Source of the DNA: an uncultured delta proteobacterium
GTDB lineage: Bacteria; Desulfobacterota; Binatia; Binatales; Binataceae
Direction of reading: 5' to 3'
NCBI GenBank assembly: GCA_963743865.1
Contig: CAVURG010000006.1
Span: 320,107 to 384,106, forward strand
DNA: 64,000 nt
The notes beneath the pieces were generated by a model. That model saw nothing but the letters and a program-made list of their open reading frames with translations, made no database searches and had not been told where the DNA came from. Shown here piece after piece: positions 10,094 through 18,954 of the stretch (the stretch's first letter is position 1; every line of letters starts with the position of its first letter). Made by a program: the position numbers and the translations under genes.

Positions 10094-10151
10094 CCATTCG
10101 GCTGAATAATCGTTTATTATAAGGGTATCAGCGCGCCCAAAACCAGCACGC
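10094..10151 (-). promoter_or_regulatory. promoter-like module, copy A (upstream of tolQ)
   Basis: On the minus strand it reads ...GCGCGCTGATACCCTTATAATAAACGATTATTCAGCCGAATGG, with a perfect TATAAT (10121-10116) about 30 nt before the tolQ ATG. A second copy of the roughly 57-bp module lies at 11884-11940. Confidence 0.5.
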
Positions 10152-10189
10152 TCATCTCGCCGCTCGGGCGTCCGCGATTTATCCGGACT

Positions 10190-11794
10190 TCATGACCCGG
10201 AGTGAAGCAGGGCGCGTTGGGCCTGCAACTCGGCCAGCGCCTGCTCGAACATCGCGTCGCTGACCTGGGTGAGGGCCGCGGCCGAGTCCTTAAGTTCCGC
10301 ATGCTCGACGGCGCGCGAAAGGGTCTCAGCCGCGGTGGGTCCGCGTGGCTTGCCGAGGAAGGGCTTGAGAATCAGGTGAGCCACGTCGCGCATCGGCATG
10401 AAGCGCGTGAAACGGCGCAGGAGCGCAGCGGTCTGCAGCGGATAATGAAGCAGCTTGTAAAGGAATATTCTGCGGAAACCGGCGCTGCGCTCGCGGTTGA
10501 TCACCTCGCCCGGGATGCAGGTCCGATCGATCTCGGAGCACTTGAAAAACTTGAACCAGTCTCGGGCCTCGTCCACCAGGTTGCGGCGGATATATTCATT
10601 CCACAACGGGGTGCCGCGATAGACGCATAGGCGGTTGAAGTTGAACGTGTCGAGCGGAAGCCTTGCGGCAAAATCAAAAGTCGCCCGCAGGTCGGCCACG
10701 GTCTCGCCGGGGCTGCCGACCACGAAGAAGCCGTGCACGATTTCGATTCCCGCCCGCTTGGCGTTGGTGACCGCGGTCTCAACTTCCTTTAGGGTCTGGT
10801 CCTTCTCGAGCCGGTCGAGGACCTTCTGACTGCCGCTCTCGATCCCGAACATCACAGTGCGGCAATTGGCCTTGGCCATCAACGGATACAGATGCTCGGC
10901 GACCGAATCGACCCTGCCCTCGCAACCCCAGTGGATGGTCGGACCGCTGTCGATTAGCCCTTTGCAGATGGCTTCGATCCGCTTGGGTTGCAGCAGGAAG
11001 TGATCGTCGACAAAGTACACCGCACCGTAGCCGTGTTCCTTCAGATGCTTGAATTCCGCGAGCACGTGCTGATGGCTGCGCGAGCGCCATTTGCCGTGGT
11101 TGAAGCTCGGAATGTCGCAGAAAACGCAGTGCCGCGGGCATCCGCGCGACGTCTGCATCGTGGTGAATCGGTCCATTGACAGAACCGCCGGCACATCCAG
11201 CGGCATCGACTCGATGAAGTCCAGCGCGAGGCTTTCGCGGTCCGGAAAAGGCCACTGGTCGAGGTCGCGCTCGACAGCCCGGTCCGGATTGTTTACCACC
11301 CGGCCGTCTCGCGCCCAGGTCAGCCCGGCGACCGCCGCGGGATTGTCGAGCTGCTCAACCAGGTCGAGAATCAACTGCTCACCGTCACCGCGGCAGACAA
11401 AATCCACTTCGCTGCATTGCAGTTTCACCAGGGGCGCGTTCAGCGTCGCGAAGGCGCCGCCGATGGCGACTTTGACCTTGGAATCGACCGCGCGGATCTG
11501 GCGGGCTAGAATCTTGGCGTAGGGATAACTGGTCGTGCTCAGAAAACTCAACCCGACCAGTTCGGGCCGCCGCATGCGAATCTGCTCGACGATGACCTGG
11601 TTTGGTGTGTCGCTGTTGGCCTGGTCGAACATCACGCATTCATGGCCGGCGCGTTTGAGCACCGCGGAGAGCGCCATGATCCCGATCGGCGGAAACCCCA
11701 TGATGCGCAGGTTGCCGTTTTTCGCGCGCCCCTCGGCCGGCACGGCGTAAAATTGCGGATCGCGAACATGGATTAGAAATACCAGCATGGCCAC
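10190..11794 (-). CDS. B12-binding domain radical SAM protein (class B)
   Basis: 534-aa ORF. It has an N-terminal cobalamin-binding-like domain (PPIGIMALSAVLKRAGHECVMFD), the radical SAM cluster motif TSRGCPRHCVFCD, and GIESGS. Confidence 0.85.
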   Translation of the reverse strand: MAMLVFLIHVRDPQFYAVPAEGRAKNGNLRIMGFPPIGIMALSAVLKRAGHECVMFDQANSDTPNQVIVEQIRMRRPELVGLSFLSTTSYPYAKILARQIRAVDSKVKVAIGGAFATLNAPLVKLQCSEVDFVCRGDGEQLILDLVEQLDNPAAVAGLTWARDGRVVNNPDRAVERDLDQWPFPDRESLALDFIESMPLDVPAVLSMDRFTTMQTSRGCPRHCVFCDIPSFNHGKWRSRSHQHVLAEFKHLKEHGYGAVYFVDDHFLLQPKRIEAICKGLIDSGPTIHWGCEGRVDSVAEHLYPLMAKANCRTVMFGIESGSQKVLDRLEKDQTLKEVETAVTNAKRAGIEIVHGFFVVGSPGETVADLRATFDFAARLPLDTFNFNRLCVYRGTPLWNEYIRRNLVDEARDWFKFFKCSEIDRTCIPGEVINRERSAGFRRIFLYKLLHYPLQTAALLRRFTRFMPMRDVAHLILKPFLGKPRGPTAAETLSRAVEHAELKDSAAALTQVSDAMFEQALAELQAQRALLHSGS

Positions 11795-11883
11795 CTCTGG
11801 TCGCCGCCAACGCTTCGACTGCGTGCTGTACCCGCGTCGCCCCTCGCCAGCAGGTGAGCCTACTCGCCGGAATCATTCGGCTG

Positions 11884-11940
11884 AAGATTTTTTTATTATA
11901 ACGCTATCGGCGCGCCCCGAACCACCACGCAATCGGCCCC
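11884..11940 (-). promoter_or_regulatory. promoter-like module, copy B (upstream of the B12-radical SAM gene)
   Basis: About 45 of 57 positions are identical to copy A, including TATAAT (11910-11905) and CAGCCGAATG. It lies roughly 90 nt upstream of the ATG at 11794. Confidence 0.5.
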
Positions 11941-11973
11941 GGTCCCTGCGCCTGCATCGCCCTTGCCCGGCAG

Positions 11974-12273
11974 ATGAGCCTGCTTGCGGGGATACGTGCT
12001 ATAAGAGTGGACGTGGTCAGGTTCGATCCTCTGAAAAACGTGCCGCTTCACCGGGTTTGTTTTGCGCTTGCAGCGGTTGGACTAATCACACTCTTAGTCC
12101 AGGTTTTTTTCCCAAACGCTTATCTGCCCCTGATGCGCCAATGGCCTTACGTTCTCGGGATCGTTCCATTAAGTTTATTGACGATCTTTTATTTTCTGAT
12201 CGGGATTTACGTGTGGCGATTCGACCGGGATCAGCATCAGCCGATGCCGCCGTCTGCCAACGCCCACAATTGA
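11974..12273 (+). CDS. hypothetical small membrane protein
   Basis: 99-aa ORF with two hydrophobic stretches (FALAAVGLITLLVQVFF; VLGIVPLSLLTIFYFLIGIYVW). It lies 18 nt upstream of the rhodanese gene on the same strand. I recognise no family. Confidence 0.35.
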   Translation: MSLLAGIRAIRVDVVRFDPLKNVPLHRVCFALAAVGLITLLVQVFFPNAYLPLMRQWPYVLGIVPLSLLTIFYFLIGIYVWRFDRDQHQPMPPSANAHN

Positions 12274-12291
12274 GAAGCTTGAACTGAACCT

Positions 12292-12915
12292 GTGCCCAAC
12301 TCCGACGGCTATTCGTACAATCGAGCGACTTCAGCAGTGTCGATCGCCGCTCAAGATTCGGCGCCCCTGCCTCAAGCGAGGAGTCTCGCCTCGCAGATTG
12401 TGCGCGATCTCGGCCGGGTTGCGATGCTCGCGATCGCGTCGCTGGCGGTTGGACTCGCGATTAACCGGTATTCGCCCGGTCCGCTTCCTATCGTCTATCA
12501 AACGCCGGAGGATCGCTTCGACGCCGAGCTGACGACTTTGGTCGCGGCGGCGCCGTTTAAGATCGCGCCGGCAGCAACCGTCGGACTTGACGAATTCCGT
12601 TCAGCCGTCGAGGGCAAAAGCGCACTCATCCTTGATGCCCGGCCGTCCGTGTTCTTCGAACAGGGGCACGTACCGGGAGCGTTGAATCTCGCGCGAGACG
12701 ACTTCGCCCGCGACTATCGGGGCCTGGCCGGCGTGCTGAAAGCCGCCACTGACAAGCCGATCATCGTGTACTGCTCCGGCGGTGAATGCCATGACAGCCG
12801 GCTCGTCGCCAACGCGTTGCTGAGTCTCGGCTTCGGCAACGTCAGCGTCTTCACCGGCGGGTGGGATGCATGGTCGGCGGCGGGGATGCCGGCCTCTACA
12901 GGGAGCGGACGATGA
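12292..12915 (+). CDS. membrane-anchored rhodanese-like sulfurtransferase domain protein
   Basis: TM helix (VAMLAIASLAVGLAI) followed by a rhodanese domain with the active-site loop IIVYCSGGECHDS. GTG start. Confidence 0.75.
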   Translation: MPNSDGYSYNRATSAVSIAAQDSAPLPQARSLASQIVRDLGRVAMLAIASLAVGLAINRYSPGPLPIVYQTPEDRFDAELTTLVAAAPFKIAPAATVGLDEFRSAVEGKSALILDARPSVFFEQGHVPGALNLARDDFARDYRGLAGVLKAATDKPIIVYCSGGECHDSRLVANALLSLGFGNVSVFTGGWDAWSAAGMPASTGSGR

Positions 12916-13364
12916 TGCCTGACGACAATTCGCGCCGAAACTATGCGGTGCTCGCGGTCAGCATAGCCGTGGCCGCCGTGTTCATTTACGCGGGCATCGA
13001 CAAGATCCGCGACCCGCTGCAGTTCGCCGATAGCACTGCTGCATTCGCGATCCTGCCAGCGGTATTCATCAACCTGCTCGCGCTGGGTCTGCCGCCATTC
13101 GAGATCGCATGCGGCGTCATGCTGCTCGGGTCACGGACCAGGCGGGTCGGAGCGCTCGCGGTCGCCGTCATTTCTGTGGTGTTTTTCACGGCGTTGGCGT
13201 CCGCGCTGCTTCGAGGTCTCACGCTCGACTGCGGATGCTTCGGGGTCGGCGCGCCATCGCGATCGAGAATGTGGCAAGAGCTCGCGCTGGACGCGGTGTT
13301 GTTCTCGGCCGCGGTGTTCGTATATTTGCGCTCGATTACCCGGCTGCCGGCGCAGGCTCAGTAG
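12912..13364 (+). CDS. MauE/DoxX-family membrane protein
   Basis: Four predicted TM helices and the MauE-type DCGCFG motif (LTLDCGCFGVG). The start overlaps the rhodanese stop (ATGATG/TGA). Pairing of rhodanese with MauE genes is common. Confidence 0.7.
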   Translation: MMPDDNSRRNYAVLAVSIAVAAVFIYAGIDKIRDPLQFADSTAAFAILPAVFINLLALGLPPFEIACGVMLLGSRTRRVGALAVAVISVVFFTALASALLRGLTLDCGCFGVGAPSRSRMWQELALDAVLFSAAVFVYLRSITRLPAQAQ

Positions 13365-13439
13365 GTCATCGACGCCGTGCCGGTTCCGTCAGGCTCAATC
13401 TGGGACAAGGAGAGGCTCAGGATCCGGGGCCCCTCGACT

Positions 13440-13840
13440 ATGCAGACTTCGCTCGGGATGACACAAGAGAAGAGCGCACGCCCCCTCGTGTCATTCTGAG
13501 CGAAGGCTGCGGTAGCGAAGAATCTCGACGAACACTCCGGCGTTCGGCGTTGGCCAGGCACGCGCTGGCGCGCGCGAGATCCTTCGCTGCGCTCAGGATG
13601 ACACAAAAAAAGTTCTAACCGGCCGTCAGGGCAGGGGCTGCTCCGTCGCGTAGTCGCGAAAAGATGCGCTGCGCAGATTTTCGCGTCTTATTACTACTGG
13701 GTGCAGGGGTCACCCCTGGCCGTGGCGACGGCAGCGCAGTGAATTAATACTGGCCCGTCGTGCCAACGACCGCCCGCCATCGGCGGGCGGCCTTACTACT
13801 GAGTGCAGGGCTCAGCCCTGCCCCCTGCCCCCTGCATTCG
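13440..13840. repeat. mosaic array of palindromic intergenic repeat modules
   Basis: It contains tgtgtcat(y)c(y)gagcgaag modules in both orientations (13447, 13488, 13577), the gaaaagatgcgctgcgcagattttc palindrome (13658), one full 102-bp unit (13704-13805) and caggg-N-ccctg hairpins. The same modules recur at the other repeat loci listed below. Confidence 0.85.
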
Positions 13841-13976
13841 CGACCCTTCTCGGCGTAGAATTAACCGTCGAATCGCCCTTGCACATCGGACCCGGACTTA
13901 TTTAAGGTTCGGGTCGTTGTATTTCACGGGTTCACGGTTTCACTGACACGCAACGCACTCTCGGGAGGATCGATCG

Positions 13977-14982
<1,006 letters not shown>

Positions 14983-15021
14983 CCGCGGGCAACCGAGCTG
15001 ACCCGGGAGTGAGTGGCTGCG

Positions 15022-16198
15022 ATGCCCGTATTACCGATCACGCGCCTTCAGTTCAAAGACAAGAAGGTGCTGGTGCGATGCGATTTCAACGTGCCGATCG
15101 CCGAGGGAAAAATCCAGGACCCGGCGCGAATCGACGCGAGCCTCGACACCATCCGCTACATCCTCGAACACGGCGGGTCGGCCGTGCTCTGCTCGCATCT
15201 GGGGCGCCCCAAAGAGCGCAGCGCCGAGCTCAGCCTCAAGCCGGTCGCCGAGTATCTATCGAAGGTGCTCGGGCAAAAGGTCGCGCTCGCGCCCGACTGC
15301 ATCGGCGATCACACCGGCAAAATGATCGAGGCGCTCAAGCCGGGCGAAGCGATTCTGCTCGAAAATCTGCGCTTCCACAAAGAAGAGGAAGCCAACGATC
15401 GCGACTTCTCGCATGAACTGGCGCGCCACAAACAGGTCTATGTGAACGACGGCTTCGGCTCCGCACATCGCGCGCACGCCTCGACCGTCGGCGTCACGCG
15501 CTTCATCCCGGAGCGCGCGGCCGGATTCCTGATGATGCGCGAACTCGAGGCGCTGCGCGCGGTCACCGAGAATCCGCAGCACCCGTCGGTCGCGATCCTG
15601 GGCGGCGCAAAAGTCTCCGACAAGATCGGGCTGATCAGAAATCTGCTGACCAAGGTCGATGCGATCCTGATCGGCGGCGCGATGGCGTACACGTTTCTCA
15701 AGGCTCAGGGCGTCGCCGTCGGCCGCTCGCGCGTCGAAGACGACAAGCTCGAGCTCGCCAGCGAATTGCTCGCCGAGGCCGCGCGCAAAGGCGTCAAGAT
15801 CGTCCTGCCGTCGGATCATATCGTCGCATCCGCTCCCGAAGCCGGCGCGACGCCTCATACGGTCGCCGAAATTCCCTCCGAGATGATGGGGCTCGACATC
15901 GGACCGCGATACCGCGGCGGCGTTTATCGCGGAAATCGCGCGCGCCAAAACCGTCATATGGAATGGCCCGCTCGGATTTTTCGAGATTCCGGCGTTCGCC
16001 GGCGGCACGCTGCGAGTCGGCGAGGCGCTCGCCAATCAATCGGGCGTCATTTCGATTATCGGCGGCGGCGACACGGCTGCGGCCTTCGCGCATGCGCCGT
16101 GGGCCAACAAGTTCACGCATATCTCGACCGGCGGCGGCGCCACGCTCGAATATCTGGAAGGCCGCGAGCTGCCGGGCGTGAAGGCGCTCGAAGTCTGA
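15022..16198 (+). CDS. pgk: phosphoglycerate kinase (frameshifted as assembled)
   Basis: [10 protein letters not shown] and GLDIGP are present. It continues in another frame as [25 protein letters not shown]...[24 protein letters not shown]. The break is near 15908 and the stop is at 16196-16198. A GTG at 15013 is an alternative start. Confidence 0.9.
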
Positions 16199-16221
16199 AT
16201 CGGACAGCAGGAAGGACGCGC

Positions 16222-17005
16222 GTGCGCAAGAAACTAATCGCCGGAAACTGGAAGATGCATCTTGGGCCGGCTCGAGGCCCGCGCGCTCATCGCCGCAATC
16301 CGCGCCGAGATCGATCGCGACGCCGCGGCGCTGGCCAAAGATCGCGACGTGATGGTCGCGCCGCCCGCCATTCTCATCCCGGCCGTGGCGCAGGCGCTCG
16401 CCGGCTCGTCGATCGTGCTGGGCGCGCAAAATATGCACTACGAGGACAAAGGCGCGTTCACCGGCGAAGTCTCGCCGCCGATGCTCAAGGCCGTATCGGC
16501 GTGACCCACGTCATCCTCGGCCATTCAGAGCGCCGCCACATTTTTCATGAAAGCGACGAACTGATTAACCGCAAAGTGCTCGCCGCGCTCGAAGCATCGC
16601 AATGGCGCCGATTCTGTGCGTCGGCGAGACCCAGGAGGAACACGACAGCGGCCGCGCGCTCGATGTCGTGATGCACCAGCTCCAGCGCGGGCTCGAGAAC
16701 GTTGGCGACGATCAGGTGCGCCGCAGTGGCGATTGCCTACGAGCCGGTGTGGGCGATCGGCACCGGGCGCACCGCGACGCCCGACGCAGGCCGCAGTCTG
16801 TCCACGGCGCGATCCGCGACGCGATCCTGCGAACGCTACGGGCCCGAGCGCGCGTCGCGCGATGCGGATAATTTACGGCGGCAGCGTAAACGCCGACAAT
16901 GTTGACTCGCTCGTCTCCAAGCCCGATATTGACGGGGCTCTGGTCGGCGGGGCAAGCTTAAAGGCTGACTCGTTCGCGCGCATCGTCAGGGCGCGGACTC
17001 GCTGA
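16222..17005 (+). CDS. tpiA: triose-phosphate isomerase (seven frameshifts as assembled)
   Basis: The conserved blocks are spread over three frames: [11 protein letters not shown]; [25 protein letters not shown]; [13 protein letters not shown]; PILCVGET; [14 protein letters not shown]; RIIYGGSV...GALVGGASL. Frame changes occur near 16268, 16494, 16600, 16722, 16788, 16828 and 16860. Confidence 0.85.
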
Positions 17006-17015
17006 AGAAGACAAA

Positions 17016-17393
17016 ATGGTTTCAATCGTTGTTTCGATTCACGTGATCGTCTGCGTGGCTATGTGCATCATTATCCTGCTGCAGCAGGGCAAGGGTGCGG
17101 AGGTCGGCGCGGTTTTCGGCGGCTCGAGCCAGACCGTCTTCGGCGCCAGCGGCGCAGGCAACGCGCTGACCAAGGCAACGTGGACGCTGGCGACGATTTT
17201 TTTCGCGACCTCGATCTTCCTGGCGCTGGCTTCGACGCGGCGCGTGACCGGCAGTATCTTCGATCGGCCGTTTTCGTCGGCGCCCGCGTCGAGCGTGATG
17301 CCGGCGTCGAAGCAGGCGCCCAGGAACGCGCTTCCCGCGGCCCCGGCCGGTCAACGTCCCGCCGGACCCGCGACGCCGTCGTCGGCGAAGTAA
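17016..17393 (+). CDS. secG: preprotein translocase subunit SecG
   Basis: Two TM helices with LLQQGKGAEVGAVFGGSSQTVFGASG. It sits in the conserved tpiA-secG-tRNA-Leu arrangement. Confidence 0.9.
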   Translation: MVSIVVSIHVIVCVAMCIIILLQQGKGAEVGAVFGGSSQTVFGASGAGNALTKATWTLATIFFATSIFLALASTRRVTGSIFDRPFSSAPASSVMPASKQAPRNALPAAPAGQRPAGPATPSSAK

Positions 17394-17471
17394 TAGAAGC
17401 AGCAGCTGTACTTTCGGATTTGCGCCGGAGCGCTCCAGACCCTCATCCTCGCTCCGGACAACACGCACGAT

Positions 17472-17557
17472 GCGCGGGTGGTGGAATGGCAGACACGCCA
17501 GTTTGAGGGGCTGGTGGTAGCAATACCGTGCGGGTTCAAGTCCCGCTCCGCGCACCA
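17472..17557 (+). tRNA. tRNA-Leu (anticodon GAG)
   Basis: Hand-folded. Acceptor stem GCGCGGG/TCCGCGC, 3-bp D stem, anticodon stem CCAGT/GCTGG with loop TTGAGGG, long variable arm (GGTA gcaa TACC), T arm GCGGG TTCAAGT CCCGC, discriminator A and an encoded CCA. Confidence 0.9.
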
Positions 17558-17855
17558 GCAGGGCTGACCCCTGGCCGTGGCGACGGCAGCGCAGTGAATT
17601 AATACTGGCCCGTCGTGCCAACGACCGCCCGCCAACGGCGGGCGGCCTTAACATTGGGTGCAGGGGTCAGCCCTGGCCGTGGCGACGGCAGCGCAATGAA
17701 TTAATACTGGCCCGTCGTGCCAACGACCGCCCGCCATCGGCGGGCGGCCTTAACATTGGGTGCAGGGGCCGCAGCCCCTGCCCAAGGAAGCGTGAAACCC
17801 AGGCGGGTTTCACATTCAATCAAGTGTATTTGCCTCCCGTCACCCCTGCACCCGG
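17558..17855. repeat. two tandem 102-bp four-hairpin units plus further palindromic modules, directly after tRNA-Leu
   Basis: Units at 17559-17660 and 17661-17762 are near-identical to each other and to 13704-13805. They are followed by caggggccgcagcccctg, gtgaaacccaggcgggtttcac and cacccctgcaccc. Confidence 0.9.
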
Positions 17856-18837
17856 TTACTGGGAAAACAACGAGCGCTGTCGGGGCGACTGTGGTGCGAC
17901 CGCAGCTTGCACCATGCAGCGTTCGTGCTCGATGGGGAAGCCGTAGCGCGCGCGGATGCGATCGAAAATCACGCCCATCCGATCGTCATACGCATGCGGA
18001 ACGTACTCGGCGCGCGCGTAGAACATGTCGATACGCTCCGCCAGATGCGGGAATCGCTCCCTGACCAATGGAATGAACCGGCGCTTCGCTGCGGGTTTCA
18101 GAAACAGCGAACGCCACCACAATCCCGACGCGCCCGCGCGACGCGCCGAGCGAATCACGCTCTCGATCGCCGCCGGATCGTCCGTCAGCCCCGGAATCAT
18201 CGGCATCATGAGCACGTTGCACCGGATTCCCGCCCGCGCCAGCTCCAGCAGCGCGCGCAGCCGCAGGCCCGGGCGCGGCGCTCGCGGCTCGAGGATTCGT
18301 TGCAGTTTTCGGTCGAGTGTTATCAGCGAAAAGTTCACCGACAGTTTCGAGCGCCGATTAATCTTTTTCAGCCAGTCGAGGTCGCGAACGATCAGGCTGG
18401 ATTTGGTCGTGATCGACAGCTCCAGCCCCGACAGTTGCGCGAAAACTTCCAGCATCGAGCGCGTCAGCCCGTAACTTCCGCTCGGCCGGCTGATACGGGT
18501 CGGTCGCCGTGCCGATTGCGATCGCGTCGGTGCCGATCGGCGTGCGCGAGAGCGTGCGCGCCAGCACCTCGGCCGCCATCCGCTTGACGAAAATTTTGCG
18601 CTCGAAGTCCATCGGGTCGCGCAGCTCGAGAAAATCGTGCGTGTATCGCGCGTAGCAGTACACGCATCCGAACTCGCAGCCGCGATACGGGTTGATCGTC
18701 CATCGAAACGGCACGCGCGGGCTGTCGCATCGATTGAGAATCTGCCGCACCGGCATCTCGATAAACTCGACGCCCCGGCTGGCGTCGAGCTCTTCGGGCG
18801 CTGGCGAATAGAGCGGCAATGTGGCGGCGGCTTTCAT
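17856..18837 (-). CDS. radical SAM protein, SplB/DNA-photolyase-like family (frameshifted as assembled)
   Basis: N-terminal INPYRGCEFGCVYCYAR cluster motif (ORF 18358..18837). It continues in ORF 17856..18455 as YGLTRSMLEVFAQLSGLELSITTKSSLIVRD. One extra T lies near 18474. Confidence 0.75.
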
Positions 18838-18954
18838 CTGACGGCGCGCCTATTTTCGCTTTTCCTTCGCTATTCGTCAAGGGTGATTATGTTTCTGTTG
18901 ACTCCGAAGGTCGCCGGAACGTAAAATCCGAGTCAAGGGAAGTGAGAAAAATGA

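Noticed and set aside
13358-13606. Small ORFs inside the repeat arrays: 13358..13606 (MCHPERSEGS...), 39798..40016, 60549..60863, 60626..60826 and 17717..18064.
   Set aside because: They are translations of the palindromic modules, and the same peptide fragments would arise wherever a module occurs. They have no ribosome-binding sites and no coding-like composition.
13440-13840. The intergenic repeat arrays as CRISPR arrays (the same applies at 17558-17855, 28825-29330 and 60545-60905).
   Set aside because: There is no constant repeat alternating with unique spacers of uniform length. The units are heterogeneous palindromic modules in both orientations. The only regular period (102 bp, two copies) has no spacers, and no cas genes are nearby.
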